A stretch of 64,000 bases of DNA from an uncultured Bacteroidales bacterium (lineage in GTDB: Bacteria; Bacteroidota; Bacteroidia; Bacteroidales; JAIOZK01), in assembly GCA_964468645.1 (NCBI GenBank), contig CAYXUU010000001.1:79857-143856 (forward strand). The letters run 5' to 3'. The position numbers and the translations under genes are program-made. The number at the start of each line of letters is the position of its first letter. The first letter of the stretch is position 1. Positions 19,884-29,416 of this stretch are shown in pieces. The notes beneath the pieces were generated by a model, which saw nothing but the letters and a program-made list of their open reading frames with translations, did not search any database and had not been told where the DNA came from.

Positions 19884-22085
19884 ATGGTTTTTGTATTCCT
19901 TTTATTTTGGGTCAGTTCATTAAGAGGTCAGGTATATCCGATAAAGATCGTTGATAGTAAATCCGGCAAGGCCATATCCTTTGCTCATGTCTGTTTTGAG
20001 TCGCTGTTATCAGGGAAGGTAATTACCGGCATTACAAATGAAGAGGGGATAACAGATAATCCTGTTTCTAACATATCAAAATTGGGTATCAGCTACGTGG
20101 GGTATGAAACTTTTATTGATACCATTACTCCCGGTGAAAGCAACACCTATCAACTCGTACCTACCATCTTAAATATTGACGAAGTTGTCGTTACGGCTCA
20201 ATATACACCTGAAAGGGCGGACAGATCAATATATAAGCTCAAGGTGATCAACAGTCAGCAGATCGAACAGAAAGCTGCCGTTAACCTGAATGAACTACTG
20301 GGCACAGAGCTTAACATAAGAACAACCCAGGATGCATTCCTCGGGGCGGGATTAAGCCTGCAGGGTTTATCAGGTGAACATGTGAAGTTTCTTGTTGATG
20401 GAGTGCCGGTAATTGGCAGATTGAATGGTACCATTGATATGAATCAGCTAAACCTTTATAATGTTGATCATATAGAAATTATTGAAGGCCCGATGTCGGT
20501 GGTATATGGCAGCAATGCCATGGCTGGTGTTGTGAATATTATCACACGGGAGAATAAGAATTACCGCAGCTATACCAGCCTTAACGGATATACGGAATCT
20601 GTCGGGGTTTATAATGTTGATGGAAGCACATCGTTGAGATATGGTGATCACATATTCCAGGTTTCAGGGGGAAGGAATTTCTTTTCAGGATATTCGGAAA
20701 ATGATACTTCAAGAGCAAAACAATGGAAGCCCAAACGCCAGTATTTTATTGATGGCTCTTATATCCTCGACAGACAAAAATTAAAACTCAAGTATGCCAC
20801 CTCCTATTTTAATGAAAAACTGCAAAGCAAAGGAAACCTGAAGGCTCCCTATTATGAAAAGGCATTTGATAATTATTTCAACACGGTAAGATTTACAAAC
20901 AAGTTAGATGCTAGTATCAAGCTACCATCAAACCGCTATCTGAATATTCTCAGTGCCTATTCGATCTTCGACCGGCGGAAAGAAGAATTTTACAAAGACA
21001 TGACAAGTCTGGAACAAACACTGGTTGATGAGGACACTACAATATTTTATTCATTTATGACCAGGGCCACCTACAGTAAAAGCAATCAAAATGGTAAATT
21101 CAATTACCAGCTAGGTGTTGACCTGAATTATGAAAAGGGTAAGGGGGGGAAGATCGAAAATGCTGTACAGCAAATTGGTGATTATGCTGCATTTCTCAGT
21201 GTAATGTACAAACCCTGGCAGCGATTATTACTGCAACCGGGATTAAGGTATATTTATAATACAAAGTACAGCGCCCCGCTTGTTTACTCTTTTAATGTGA
21301 AATATGATCCGGTTGACAGACTTTCCCTGAGGGCTTCGTATGCCAAAGGATTTCGGTCGCCTTCCCTGAAGGAACTATATCTTTATTTTGTTGATGTCAA
21401 TCACAGGGTCTATGGTAATCCGGATCTCATGGCTGAAAGCTCTCACAACGTAAACTTTTCAATGCTCTATTATGCTGACAGGGATCAACATGTTTATGAA
21501 GCAGAGGGGGTCTTCTTTTACAACAATATTAAAAACAGCATTATCCTTGTTATTGTAGATGATGATGATTCCCCACCACCATACCGTTATGAAAACCTTG
21601 GCAGATATCAAACAAAAGGATTCCTGGTATCATTGAATTACAGATTTTATCCCAACCTGAATTTTAAAACCGGTGTTGTTCATACTATCAGCACCATTTT
21701 AAAATCAGAGGGGCAAACAAATCAAAATGCTTCCAGTACAGATGTAAACACCTCTTTAAATTATAAACTAATAGGCCAGGATATAACATTCTCATTGTTT
21801 TATAAATACAATGGCAAATTACCCTATTTCTATATCGATACTGATGACGAGGTAATGTTGAAAACAATGGCAGATTTTCACACCCTAGACTTTACGATAA
21901 GTAAAAGCTTTTTTCAGAATAGTTTATTTGTTGCGGCCGGGGTAAAAAATATACTTAATAATCAAAGTGTACTTCTTTCGGGGGGAAACAATGGTGGTGT
22001 CCATACCGGAGGGGATTCATCCATCGTTGGCTGGGGTAGATCCTGGTTTATTATGGCTTCGTACACCATAAAGTATTTAAAGTAA
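19884..22085 (+). CDS. TonB-dependent outer-membrane receptor with N-terminal carboxypeptidase-regulatory-like domain
   Basis: The signal peptide begins at Met55 of the tracked ORF (MVFVFLLFWVSSLRGQ). Features: a CarbopepD_reg-like start (YPIKIVDSKSGKAISFAHV), a plug domain (IEIIEGPMSVVYGSNAMAGVVNII), and a C-terminal barrel ending ...SWFIMASYTIKYLK. Confidence 0.8.
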   Translation: MVFVFLLFWVSSLRGQVYPIKIVDSKSGKAISFAHVCFESLLSGKVITGITNEEGITDNPVSNISKLGISYVGYETFIDTITPGESNTYQLVPTILNIDEVVVTAQYTPERADRSIYKLKVINSQQIEQKAAVNLNELLGTELNIRTTQDAFLGAGLSLQGLSGEHVKFLVDGVPVIGRLNGTIDMNQLNLYNVDHIEIIEGPMSVVYGSNAMAGVVNIITRENKNYRSYTSLNGYTESVGVYNVDGSTSLRYGDHIFQVSGGRNFFSGYSENDTSRAKQWKPKRQYFIDGSYILDRQKLKLKYATSYFNEKLQSKGNLKAPYYEKAFDNYFNTVRFTNKLDASIKLPSNRYLNILSAYSIFDRRKEEFYKDMTSLEQTLVDEDTTIFYSFMTRATYSKSNQNGKFNYQLGVDLNYEKGKGGKIENAVQQIGDYAAFLSVMYKPWQRLLLQPGLRYIYNTKYSAPLVYSFNVKYDPVDRLSLRASYAKGFRSPSLKELYLYFVDVNHRVYGNPDLMAESSHNVNFSMLYYADRDQHVYEAEGVFFYNNIKNSIILVIVDDDDSPPPYRYENLGRYQTKGFLVSLNYRFYPNLNFKTGVVHTISTILKSEGQTNQNASSTDVNTSLNYKLIGQDITFSLFYKYNGKLPYFYIDTDDEVMLKTMADFHTLDFTISKSFFQNSLFVAAGVKNILNNQSVLLSGGNNGGVHTGGDSSIVGWGRSWFIMASYTIKYLK

Positions 22086-23101
22086 TGAAGAAAAATATCA
22101 TCATATTACTGGTATTCTTATTTATCCTTTCGGGTTGTTTTAAGGAGGATGAAATGATACCTCCCCATGATTCCGGTGATGTAATTACCTCGGTTATCCC
22201 AATGACAAAGAACTATAAAATACAGGCCTATTTTGACCTGGAAGCAGAAAACATTATTGCAGAGAACATTAAAACTGAATGGGATCTTGGGTTTGAGTGT
22301 TCTGATACAGGATGGCATATTATCCTGAACACATCAAAATTCATGTGGGCAGGAAATACGATGCAGCATGATTTCGCGCAATCTATTGACACATCCGGAA
22401 TAGAATGGAAGTTCGACAATTCAGAAGGTGACCCTGATTCAACAGCAATTGGCAGCTGGTTTGAGATAGATGGACACGATACCTCCTATACACAGCAGGT
22501 GTATATTATTGACAGAGGTTATAATCTCCAGGGCAATAAAGTCGGCCTTATAAAAATTATTTTTCAATATGTAAGTGATTCCGTTTACCAGATTGGTTTT
22601 GGTGATCTCAACGCCATTAATCCCACCTACTTTACTATCATGAAAAATAACCTGGTGAATTATGTGTTTTTCTCCTTTGATGATGATGGGTCCCAGCTCA
22701 ACCTTGAACCGGATAAAGATCTCTGGGAGTTATGGTTTACTCAATACACCACTATCTTATTTACAAATGCCGGTGATGAGTATCCATACCTTGTAACAGG
22801 TGTTTTGATCAATAAACTTCAGGGGATTGAGGTTGCCAGGGATACACTGTTGAATTTCAACAACATAACACTTAATGTGGCAGAGGGGATGACTTATAAT
22901 GATTCATTTGACATCATAGGATATGATTGGAAGGAGGTGGTTGGAGATGTGCAGTCAGGTAATGTATCATACATCGTTCGATCAAATGTAAATTATCTGA
23001 TCCGCACAAAAGAGGATTATTATTATAAGCTCAGGTTTATTGATTTTTACAGTGAAGAAGGAGAGAAAGGGTATCCGACGTTTGAGTTTCAGTTGTTGTG
23101 A
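22085..23101 (+). CDS. HmuY-like lipoprotein
   Basis: 338 aa. Lipobox FILSGC and EWDLGFE motif. The start overlaps the receptor stop (ATGA-type junction). Confidence 0.6.
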   Translation: MKKNIIILLVFLFILSGCFKEDEMIPPHDSGDVITSVIPMTKNYKIQAYFDLEAENIIAENIKTEWDLGFECSDTGWHIILNTSKFMWAGNTMQHDFAQSIDTSGIEWKFDNSEGDPDSTAIGSWFEIDGHDTSYTQQVYIIDRGYNLQGNKVGLIKIIFQYVSDSVYQIGFGDLNAINPTYFTIMKNNLVNYVFFSFDDDGSQLNLEPDKDLWELWFTQYTTILFTNAGDEYPYLVTGVLINKLQGIEVARDTLLNFNNITLNVAEGMTYNDSFDIIGYDWKEVVGDVQSGNVSYIVRSNVNYLIRTKEDYYYKLRFIDFYSEEGEKGYPTFEFQLL

Positions 23102-23235
23102 TAACAGGGCAAAAGTAAAAAGTATAAAGGCAAAAGTTGAGAGATATAGTTGAGCAAAGTGATATAAAGCAGATCAGGGAATAAAGAAACACCTGTTAAT
23201 ATAACAGGGGACTTAATAACACATTTAGTTTGAAC

Positions 23236-23273
23236 CAGCTTCAGTGCGGGCAACGCCCGTGCTGAGCTTTTTT
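23236..23273 (+). terminator. rho-independent terminator after the HmuY-like gene
   Basis: GC-rich stem CAGTGCGGGC / GCCCGTGCTG (with G-U pairs) followed by TTTTTT. Confidence 0.6.
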
Positions 23274-23325
23274 AAAAAGACCTTCGCTTATCCTGAGAAG
23301 ACCCAGGAAAATTAATTTATTAGTT

Positions 23326-24042
23326 TTAATATACATGAACCATTGTATCTGCCGAAGGAAGATAGTTAATGCCAAACCAGCAGATCAATATTACCGCAAA
23401 TGCAAGGGAAAGTATCCACAGCGTGGATGATAAAAACATAAAAAGGGAATAATTATACCAGGTCATATTAATTTTCATTTATAATGATTTGTGATCTTCC
23501 CATCCATGCAAGATATAAGGATCCTGCCAGGATCATAAAAATTCCTATATAAACAACCGGAAGCCAGGGATCTTTTACAAGCTCAATGATATTGATCTTT
23601 GACCATTTTCCTTTACTTTCATCATATCCAGTCTGGTAGATCTTCAACCCATCAATAGTTATTTTCCAATCGCCCAGACTGCCCTGTTTGCCTTCCTTTA
23701 TTTCCAGTAACTGTGTTTCTTTATCCAACTTCAGTTTATGATCAACAGGATTTAACATTCCCAGCTGTGGGGGATATTCGGCAATTTTGAAATCAAGAAG
23801 CTTAATGGCGAACGGCAAATTGTAAGAATTCCCATGATGATCATATGCCTTGAATATGGTTCGGTCTTCACCAAGTGTCATTTTAAGACGCCACAAATCG
23901 GATGATCCCATGGAAGCTGCTACAATGACAATGAATAATCCTGCATGGTTGAGGAAAAAGGCAACGTTTTTAATGCGAATTGACAGAAATCTTTTGACTA
24001 TGGTAAAATCCAGAATGATAAGTAAATAAAGCGAACATAATA
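23326..24042 (-). pseudogene. remnant of a system-II cytochrome c biogenesis gene (ResB/CcsB-CcsA fusion type)
   Basis: The frame containing 23468..23911 stays open upstream to 24042 with no start codon (...VAFFLNHAGLFIVIVAASMG..., LPFAIKLLDFKIAEYPPQ; ResB-like). It stops after one TM helix. A separate 46-aa ORF (23326..23466) ends ...CWFGINYLPSADTMVHVY, like a CcsA C-terminus. The haem-handling WWD core is absent. Confidence 0.55.
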
Positions 24043-24397
24043 AATAAAGTCAATTTCTGGTAACATGCGACAAATCTATACTTTGTATGAAACCAGAGGC
24101 AGTTGCATCATCTTGCTGATAAAGCCCATTAAAAATATCAGAAAAGTAAGAATACTTATTGCCGATATGACTGCCACCGGACTGCTTAGCCATCTTATCG
24201 GGTATGATAAATGTCAATATATCAAACATCAAATAATTGATCTGCTTCAGTGATTCTTAATGCATTTCCTCAGTATAAATAGGAGTGATATACTTAATTT
24301 TGAGAAACGATAAAGAAAAGATCCCATAGCCAAAGGTCAGGGTTCTCAAAATAAAGATCCTGTTACTTGCGAATCTAAGTCACCCCTTTTTAACCAT

Positions 24398-24946
24398 TTG
24401 AGTAATAGTGAACTCACGTTGGTTAAAGAGAATCAACTTGTATTACATTTCAAAAAAGGTGAGATCATAAGAAAACAGGGGGTTTACCTGTCGCATGTTA
24501 TAACGATTAATGCCGGACTTGCCAAGATGCATATCGAAGGATCCAATAACAGGGATGTAATCTTAAAAATTATTAAACCTTCAAATTTCATCGGTGGCCC
24601 GGGGATGTATATCGACCAAAGACATCATTATACTGTTAAGGCGCTTATGAATACCTCCGCCTGTTTTATTGATGTGAAAACATTCAAGGATTTACTTTAT
24701 AAGAATGTTGCCTTTGCAGATGAATTTTTCAAAGATTTCAGCAGAAATGTCATTTCAACGTATGACAGTACAAGTTTTGACCTTGTGTTATCAAATGGGG
24801 ACCTGGGGGATCTTACCGGGATGTCAGCTGATAGCGCTTCCAAATGCTTAAGGAACCTCCGGGAAGATGGTATCATTGATTATAGCCGGAAAATTATGGA
24901 AATTAAAGACATAACCGATCTTAAAAAAGTAAGCGCCTTAAGCTAA
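24398..24946 (+). CDS. Crp/Fnr-family regulator paralog, eroded (no ATG, N-terminal Cys motif lost, ~30-aa internal gap); possible pseudogene
   Basis: Aligns by eye with 33587..34282 (GGPGMY.D...HYTV.AL...SCFID; FDLVLSNGDLGDLTGMSADSASKCLRNLREDGII vs FETPISRQDLAEMTAMTKESAIRILKDLKDGKVI). The frame is open from 24314 (KDPVTCESKSPLFNHL vs KDLKCRNCCFKQNIFTLL), but only a TTG start is available. Confidence 0.5.
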   Translation: MSNSELTLVKENQLVLHFKKGEIIRKQGVYLSHVITINAGLAKMHIEGSNNRDVILKIIKPSNFIGGPGMYIDQRHHYTVKALMNTSACFIDVKTFKDLLYKNVAFADEFFKDFSRNVISTYDSTSFDLVLSNGDLGDLTGMSADSASKCLRNLREDGIIDYSRKIMEIKDITDLKKVSALS

Positions 24947-25369
24947 TTACAACATCTTTTTTCAATCTGGACGATCAGATCCCTGAATATTAAACCATGA
25001 AAGGGCAGGAAAAAATACCAGTAAAGATATCCTGCAAACCCTTTGGGTTGAAAATATGCATTGACGGAAAACTTATTCAGACCTTCATAATTATCAAGAT
25101 AGAATTCAAGCCGGGCCTTACCTGGCAATTTCATTTCCGCCCGCAAAAGAAGCACTTCCTGATCCAATGATCATTCCAGCACGAAGTACAGTTGTCGGGA
25201 AGGAACCTTGCTGAAGTTTTTCAGCAACCTTGATCCTGTTTTCAAGATGTGGCGAAAGTTTGCTTTTTGTGTTTCCAAGTCCGTTCAGATAAATAATTCT
25301 TGAGACTCCTTTATTTTCCGCTGCAGTCCTGAAATTTACAGCTACCTGAAGGTCAATGGTTTCAAATCT
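24943..25369 (-). pseudogene. remnant of an NAD(P)H-binding SDR + DUF2867 gene
   Basis: Two frames are involved. 25118..25369 reads ...NKGVSRIIYLNGLGNTKSKLSPHLENRIKVAEKLQQGSFPTTVLRAGMIIGSGSASF (SDR middle). 24943..25167 reads LLLRAEMKLPGKARLEFYL...YWYFFLPFHGLIFRDL (DUF2867 end). The Rossmann N-terminus and the ~200 aa between the two pieces are missing. Confidence 0.6.
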
Positions 25370-25440
25370 TCACAAAATATTTCTTCAGTTTCAGATGGCA
25401 TGCCTGTTTATTGTCAGGTAATACAGATAGTCCCTGCCAT

Positions 25441-26331
25441 TTAAGACCGGTCTTTTTTCTTCCTGCCAAGTTTTTTTATCATATACAATTCATAGATGGC
25501 ATAAATATAATGTCCCCATACACCGACAAGCATAATAATCAGGGTGATGATCATCCAGAGGGGTGCAATGGGTGTCCATAATTCCCTGGTTGGAACTTCT
25601 CTTGCAACTGCATGGAAAGGAACCGCCCAGTTGATAAACTTTCGTTTTTCCACATAACCGTAATCAAAATGTTCTGATATACGGGCAATCACTTCCACGA
25701 CACCTGCAGAATCCCCAATGATATCCAATGGGAACTCAACAATTCCTTCCCCGTTTTCTTCAAACCATCCTTCCGCAATATTCAGATCGCTGAACATACG
25801 AGGCACATAAAAGTACAGATCATCATCAGCTAATGGAACAGTATCATTTTTCCCGAAGATAATACCCTTGAAAAAGATCAATCTTTCATCATCCTCTTCC
25901 ACAAATTCGAAGTCGATATCAACATCCTTAAAAGATAGTTCAGCCTCTGCGTAATCAAAATTCCTGTCGCCCTGGAATTCTGCAAAAACCGTAACATAGC
26001 CTTCCTCGTCTTTTGGATACTCATATCCCTCCGGAAAATTATAAATGGCATTGCCTTCATCATTCGATATAGCTTCACCAATTAATACCTGCTCATCTTC
26101 CTCGAGCAAATAATAAAATACAGATATGCCTGTTGCAGGAATTTCATCTCCTTCGGCATCTTCGGAGAGCAGATTGGCAATCAAACTTCTGTTATTATCA
26201 CTGTATTTCCAGGTGATCAATTCCATATATACGGGTAAAACATCATCCTGGTTCGCTTTCAGTGTTATGCCTGTGGAAAGAGTAAACACAAATACTGAAA
26301 TGGTTGTAAATATTATTCCTTTCATCTTCAT
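25441..26331 (-). CDS. acidic periplasmic protein with signal peptide and C-terminal TM anchor; unknown fifth subunit of the FeS/NrfD module
   Basis: 296 aa with a signal peptide and a D/E-rich beta-rich body. C-terminal TM helix LWMIITLIIMLVGVWGHYIYAIY followed by KKLGRKKKDRS. Its start overlaps the NrfD-like stop by 4 nt. Confidence 0.6.
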   Translation of the reverse strand: MKMKGIIFTTISVFVFTLSTGITLKANQDDVLPVYMELITWKYSDNNRSLIANLLSEDAEGDEIPATGISVFYYLLEEDEQVLIGEAISNDEGNAIYNFPEGYEYPKDEEGYVTVFAEFQGDRNFDYAEAELSFKDVDIDFEFVEEDDERLIFFKGIIFGKNDTVPLADDDLYFYVPRMFSDLNIAEGWFEENGEGIVEFPLDIIGDSAGVVEVIARISEHFDYGYVEKRKFINWAVPFHAVAREVPTRELWTPIAPLWMIITLIIMLVGVWGHYIYAIYELYMIKKLGRKKKDRS

Positions 26332-27668
26332 GACTCAATGCTTTTCATTACTTTGAGGTTTTCGTCGCTGATCTTTTCTTTCTTTGAAGATAGCTCAATG
26401 ATTGGAACAAATCGTGAAAAGATCGTAAAGAACAGGCAGAAAGATGCTATCCCGCCGATAGTCAGTACCCATTCTACCCAGGTGCCACTGTAATGTATCC
26501 AGTCTGGCCTGAAGTCCTGAACGGGAAGATAGGGTGACTCAAGAGTTGGTACGACAATAAGGTAGCGGTTAAACCACAGGGCGATAATTACGACAACTGC
26601 TGTAAGGGTGATCAGGTTTATTTTTCTCAGTTGGGGTATGCCGATCACGATCAGGGGCATTAAAACACCCGCATAGTTGGAGAAAACGAATGACCAGAAA
26701 TACCTGTCGAACAGGATATTAATCAGTATTTCATCATTCTTTTCCGAACCGTACCATTTGGTGAGGTATTCACTGAATGTAAAATATCCGAAAAATGCTG
26801 CAAGGATCAGCATGACAACACCAACATTAACAAAGTGTTTTTTTGTAATATAATCTTCAAGGTGATAGATTTTTCGGTAAACCCACATAACTACAATGAG
26901 GACACCGGTACCAGAATAAACCGCTGCAATGACAAAATAGGGTCCAAAAATCGTACTATGCCATCCGGGTTGAAGGGTAACGCTGAAGATCCATGCCAGT
27001 ACAGAATATACAATGATAGCAATGGCCATGACCATGGCGGCCATAATATCACTGGCCCTGTTAAGTCTTTTCCTTTGTTCCTCGGTTCCGGTGTATCCAA
27101 TCGCCAGCCACTTATATAATCGTTTCCTCCATTTAGGGATCTTCAATCCCTTAAAGTCCCGTATTCGTGCAATATCTCTCAGAACCGATAAATACAGGTA
27201 AATTATACACCCGACGATATCCGTCGAAATGGCAATGACGTCCCATGTGATTGGTGATTGTATTCTGCCATAAATAACAAGGTATGGCAAACGATCAAGT
27301 CTTCCGATACATAACAAAATATAGAGCGGTCCAATTAACAGCGAAATGATCGTAATAAACTCAGCCATTCGGATAACCGGTTTGCGCCATGAAGTCCGGA
27401 ACAATTGCAAGCCGCCTGAAATAAGGGCACCCGCATAGCTGATCCCCATAAAAAATATAAAATTCACAATATAGATACCCCAGACTACATTATCACGCAT
27501 TCCGGTGATAATATGTCCTTTGAGGATCTGCATAACCAGGGCAAATATCCCAAGACATACCAGTAAGGCAAGGAAAATGATCCAGACTATTGTTAATTTA
27601 CCGGGTCGTTCAATCTGATCCCTTAACTCATTGATCGTACTATCATAATTAGGTGCTGATGTATCCAT
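26328..27668 (-). CDS. NrfD/PsrC-family polytopic quinone-interacting membrane subunit (10-TM-size class, as in ActC/QrcD/DsrP/HmcC)
   Basis: 446 aa and highly hydrophobic, with about 10 TM segments. It begins 2 nt after the FeS gene. Confidence 0.7.
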   Translation of the reverse strand: MDTSAPNYDSTINELRDQIERPGKLTIVWIIFLALLVCLGIFALVMQILKGHIITGMRDNVVWGIYIVNFIFFMGISYAGALISGGLQLFRTSWRKPVIRMAEFITIISLLIGPLYILLCIGRLDRLPYLVIYGRIQSPITWDVIAISTDIVGCIIYLYLSVLRDIARIRDFKGLKIPKWRKRLYKWLAIGYTGTEEQRKRLNRASDIMAAMVMAIAIIVYSVLAWIFSVTLQPGWHSTIFGPYFVIAAVYSGTGVLIVVMWVYRKIYHLEDYITKKHFVNVGVVMLILAAFFGYFTFSEYLTKWYGSEKNDEILINILFDRYFWSFVFSNYAGVLMPLIVIGIPQLRKINLITLTAVVVIIALWFNRYLIVVPTLESPYLPVQDFRPDWIHYSGTWVEWVLTIGGIASFCLFFTIFSRFVPIIELSSKKEKISDENLKVMKSIES

Positions 27669-27670
27669 GA

Positions 27671-28615
27671 TTATTTCTTCTTTTTCACGTAAGGTGTATT
27701 TTCATATCTTCTTTCAACATCTTCTTCCAGGCCTTTAAATCCTCTGTCGACAGGAAACTGACGGTTTACGGGAGGCAAATAGTAAACACTGGGCCGGGTA
27801 CCCAGATTCTCCAGATACCTGTATCCGTGTTTTTCACTGATGAGTTCGCTGAATTTCACCGTTTCTGCGCCATTGGTTACAGCATCTTCATCAATATCCC
27901 CGAAATAGATCACGCCCATAGGGCAGGCTTCAACACAATAGGGCAATTTGTTTTCCCGGAGCCTGTCGGCACAGAATACACATTTTGATACGGTACCTTC
28001 CTGGCCAGGTACAGAATTTTCGGGATTGTATTGTACTGGCGATTCGTATTCATCATCATGTTTCCATGCAAAAACACGTGCCGAATACGGGCAACCCGTC
28101 ATACAGAATTTGCAACCAATACATCGATCGGTATCAACAAGGACAATACCATCTGTTCGCTTATAGGTAGCACCAACCGGACAAACACTAACACATAACG
28201 GGTTGTCGCAATGGTAACAGGGTTTTGGGAACCAGTATGGTGCGGTCCTTTCGGAATCCTGAAGCAGATATACTTTCATATATTCAATTTCTTTTGGAAG
28301 ATAATGGCCATCCTGACATGATGTAATGCATTTTCGGACATTGGCGCATTTGGCCAGGTCAATCACCATAACGAACTTTCTTCCCGGTAATCCCTGTTTT
28401 GCATCTTCTTTGATCCCTTTAATAGCTTTAAGATATTTTGGATCTACTTCTACAACTTCCCCATCTGTTGTGAGCACCTTCAGCTTTTCATGATCATCAG
28501 TGCCACAGGAAGATAAAATTGCTCCGCCAGCCAGGGCTCCTGCCCCTGCCAGCAAACCTTCCCTCAGGAATTGTCGTCGTGAGTTTGAACCTTTATCTTT
28601 CTTTTTCTTCATCAT
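27671..28615 (-). CDS. Tat-exported four-cluster [4Fe-4S] ferredoxin-like subunit (NrfC/PsrB/DsrO/HmcB family), possibly lipid-anchored
   Basis: Twin-arginine signal SRRQFLREGLLAGAGALAGGAILSSC. Cys groups: CANVRKCITSC, CYHCDNPLCVSVCP, CIGCKFCMTGCP, CVFCADRL...CVEACP. Confidence 0.8.
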   Translation of the reverse strand: MMKKKKDKGSNSRRQFLREGLLAGAGALAGGAILSSCGTDDHEKLKVLTTDGEVVEVDPKYLKAIKGIKEDAKQGLPGRKFVMVIDLAKCANVRKCITSCQDGHYLPKEIEYMKVYLLQDSERTAPYWFPKPCYHCDNPLCVSVCPVGATYKRTDGIVLVDTDRCIGCKFCMTGCPYSARVFAWKHDDEYESPVQYNPENSVPGQEGTVSKCVFCADRLRENKLPYCVEACPMGVIYFGDIDEDAVTNGAETVKFSELISEKHGYRYLENLGTRPSVYYLPPVNRQFPVDRGFKGLEEDVERRYENTPYVKKKK

Positions 28616-28802
28616 TTAAGTTAATTTAGGTAATGAGGTATTGTTATGCTTTTATGTTGTTTAATCTCGCCTAGGCGGGACGAGGGTTTAATTCCCCGCC
28701 AAGCCTCAGGCCAGAGCGATTATAATTATACATACTTGATACCCCGTTGCTCTATGGCGAGGTAGTTCAGTTTGTTTATTTGATTCCCTGTATTTTATTT
28801 TT

Positions 28803-29411
28803 TTATTCATGCCAGCCGTTGACCATCGATTTGAAATTACTGACAGGTGTTGTTCCGATGGTACAGAAATATATATGTATAAACATGAAAATTGAAATAA
28901 TAAATCCCGAGATAACATGAAACAAATCTGTCACATACAATCCACTGATGCCAAACACGTTTGGTATAACTTCGGGAAACAGCAAAGCCCAGCCTGAAAT
29001 CACCAGAATGGGAACAAAAAGATACATCATTGCAACATAGGATACTTTTTGCAGGGGGTTGAATTTTCGCTTTTCATTGATCGGAAAAGGCGCATCTTCC
29101 TTTTTAAAGATGCCGCTAGTATAAAATTTAAACTGGGTCATCATGTTTTTTTTCAGGTCAACGCCCCATGACTTGTAAAAACGACTATTTCCTGTCGTGA
29201 TGTTTCCTATAATATATGAGACGTAACTGATTGACATTGCAACACCGCAGATATTATGTATGCTAACTGCGAGATCGAACCTGATAAACGGATATTCAGG
29301 ATTTGAATATTGCATACTCACCCCGGTGATAATCAGTACCAGACAGAGCAAGGCATTTAGAAGATGCCAGATACGAATCCATACGGGATATAAATATAAT
29401 CTTGTTGCCAT
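28803..29411 (-). CDS. dihaem cytochrome b, FdnI/HydC/PhsC family (4 TM)
   Basis: 202 aa. His in TM1 (IWHLLN), His in TM2 (SIHNICG), and two His 14 residues apart in TM4 (FHVISGFIISIFMFIH). This is the 1+1+2 ligand pattern of FdnI-type cytochromes b. It lies 5 nt after the heptahaem gene. Confidence 0.75.
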   Translation of the reverse strand: MATRLYLYPVWIRIWHLLNALLCLVLIITGVSMQYSNPEYPFIRFDLAVSIHNICGVAMSISYVSYIIGNITTGNSRFYKSWGVDLKKNMMTQFKFYTSGIFKKEDAPFPINEKRKFNPLQKVSYVAMMYLFVPILVISGWALLFPEVIPNVFGISGLYVTDLFHVISGFIISIFMFIHIYFCTIGTTPVSNFKSMVNGWHE

Positions 29412-29416
29412 ACCAA

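Noticed and set aside
28706-28918. A 70-aa ORF spanning the cytochrome b / FeS gap.
   Set aside because: It overlaps the 3' end of the well-supported cytochrome b gene in another frame and runs through the GC-rich palindrome. It has no coding features.
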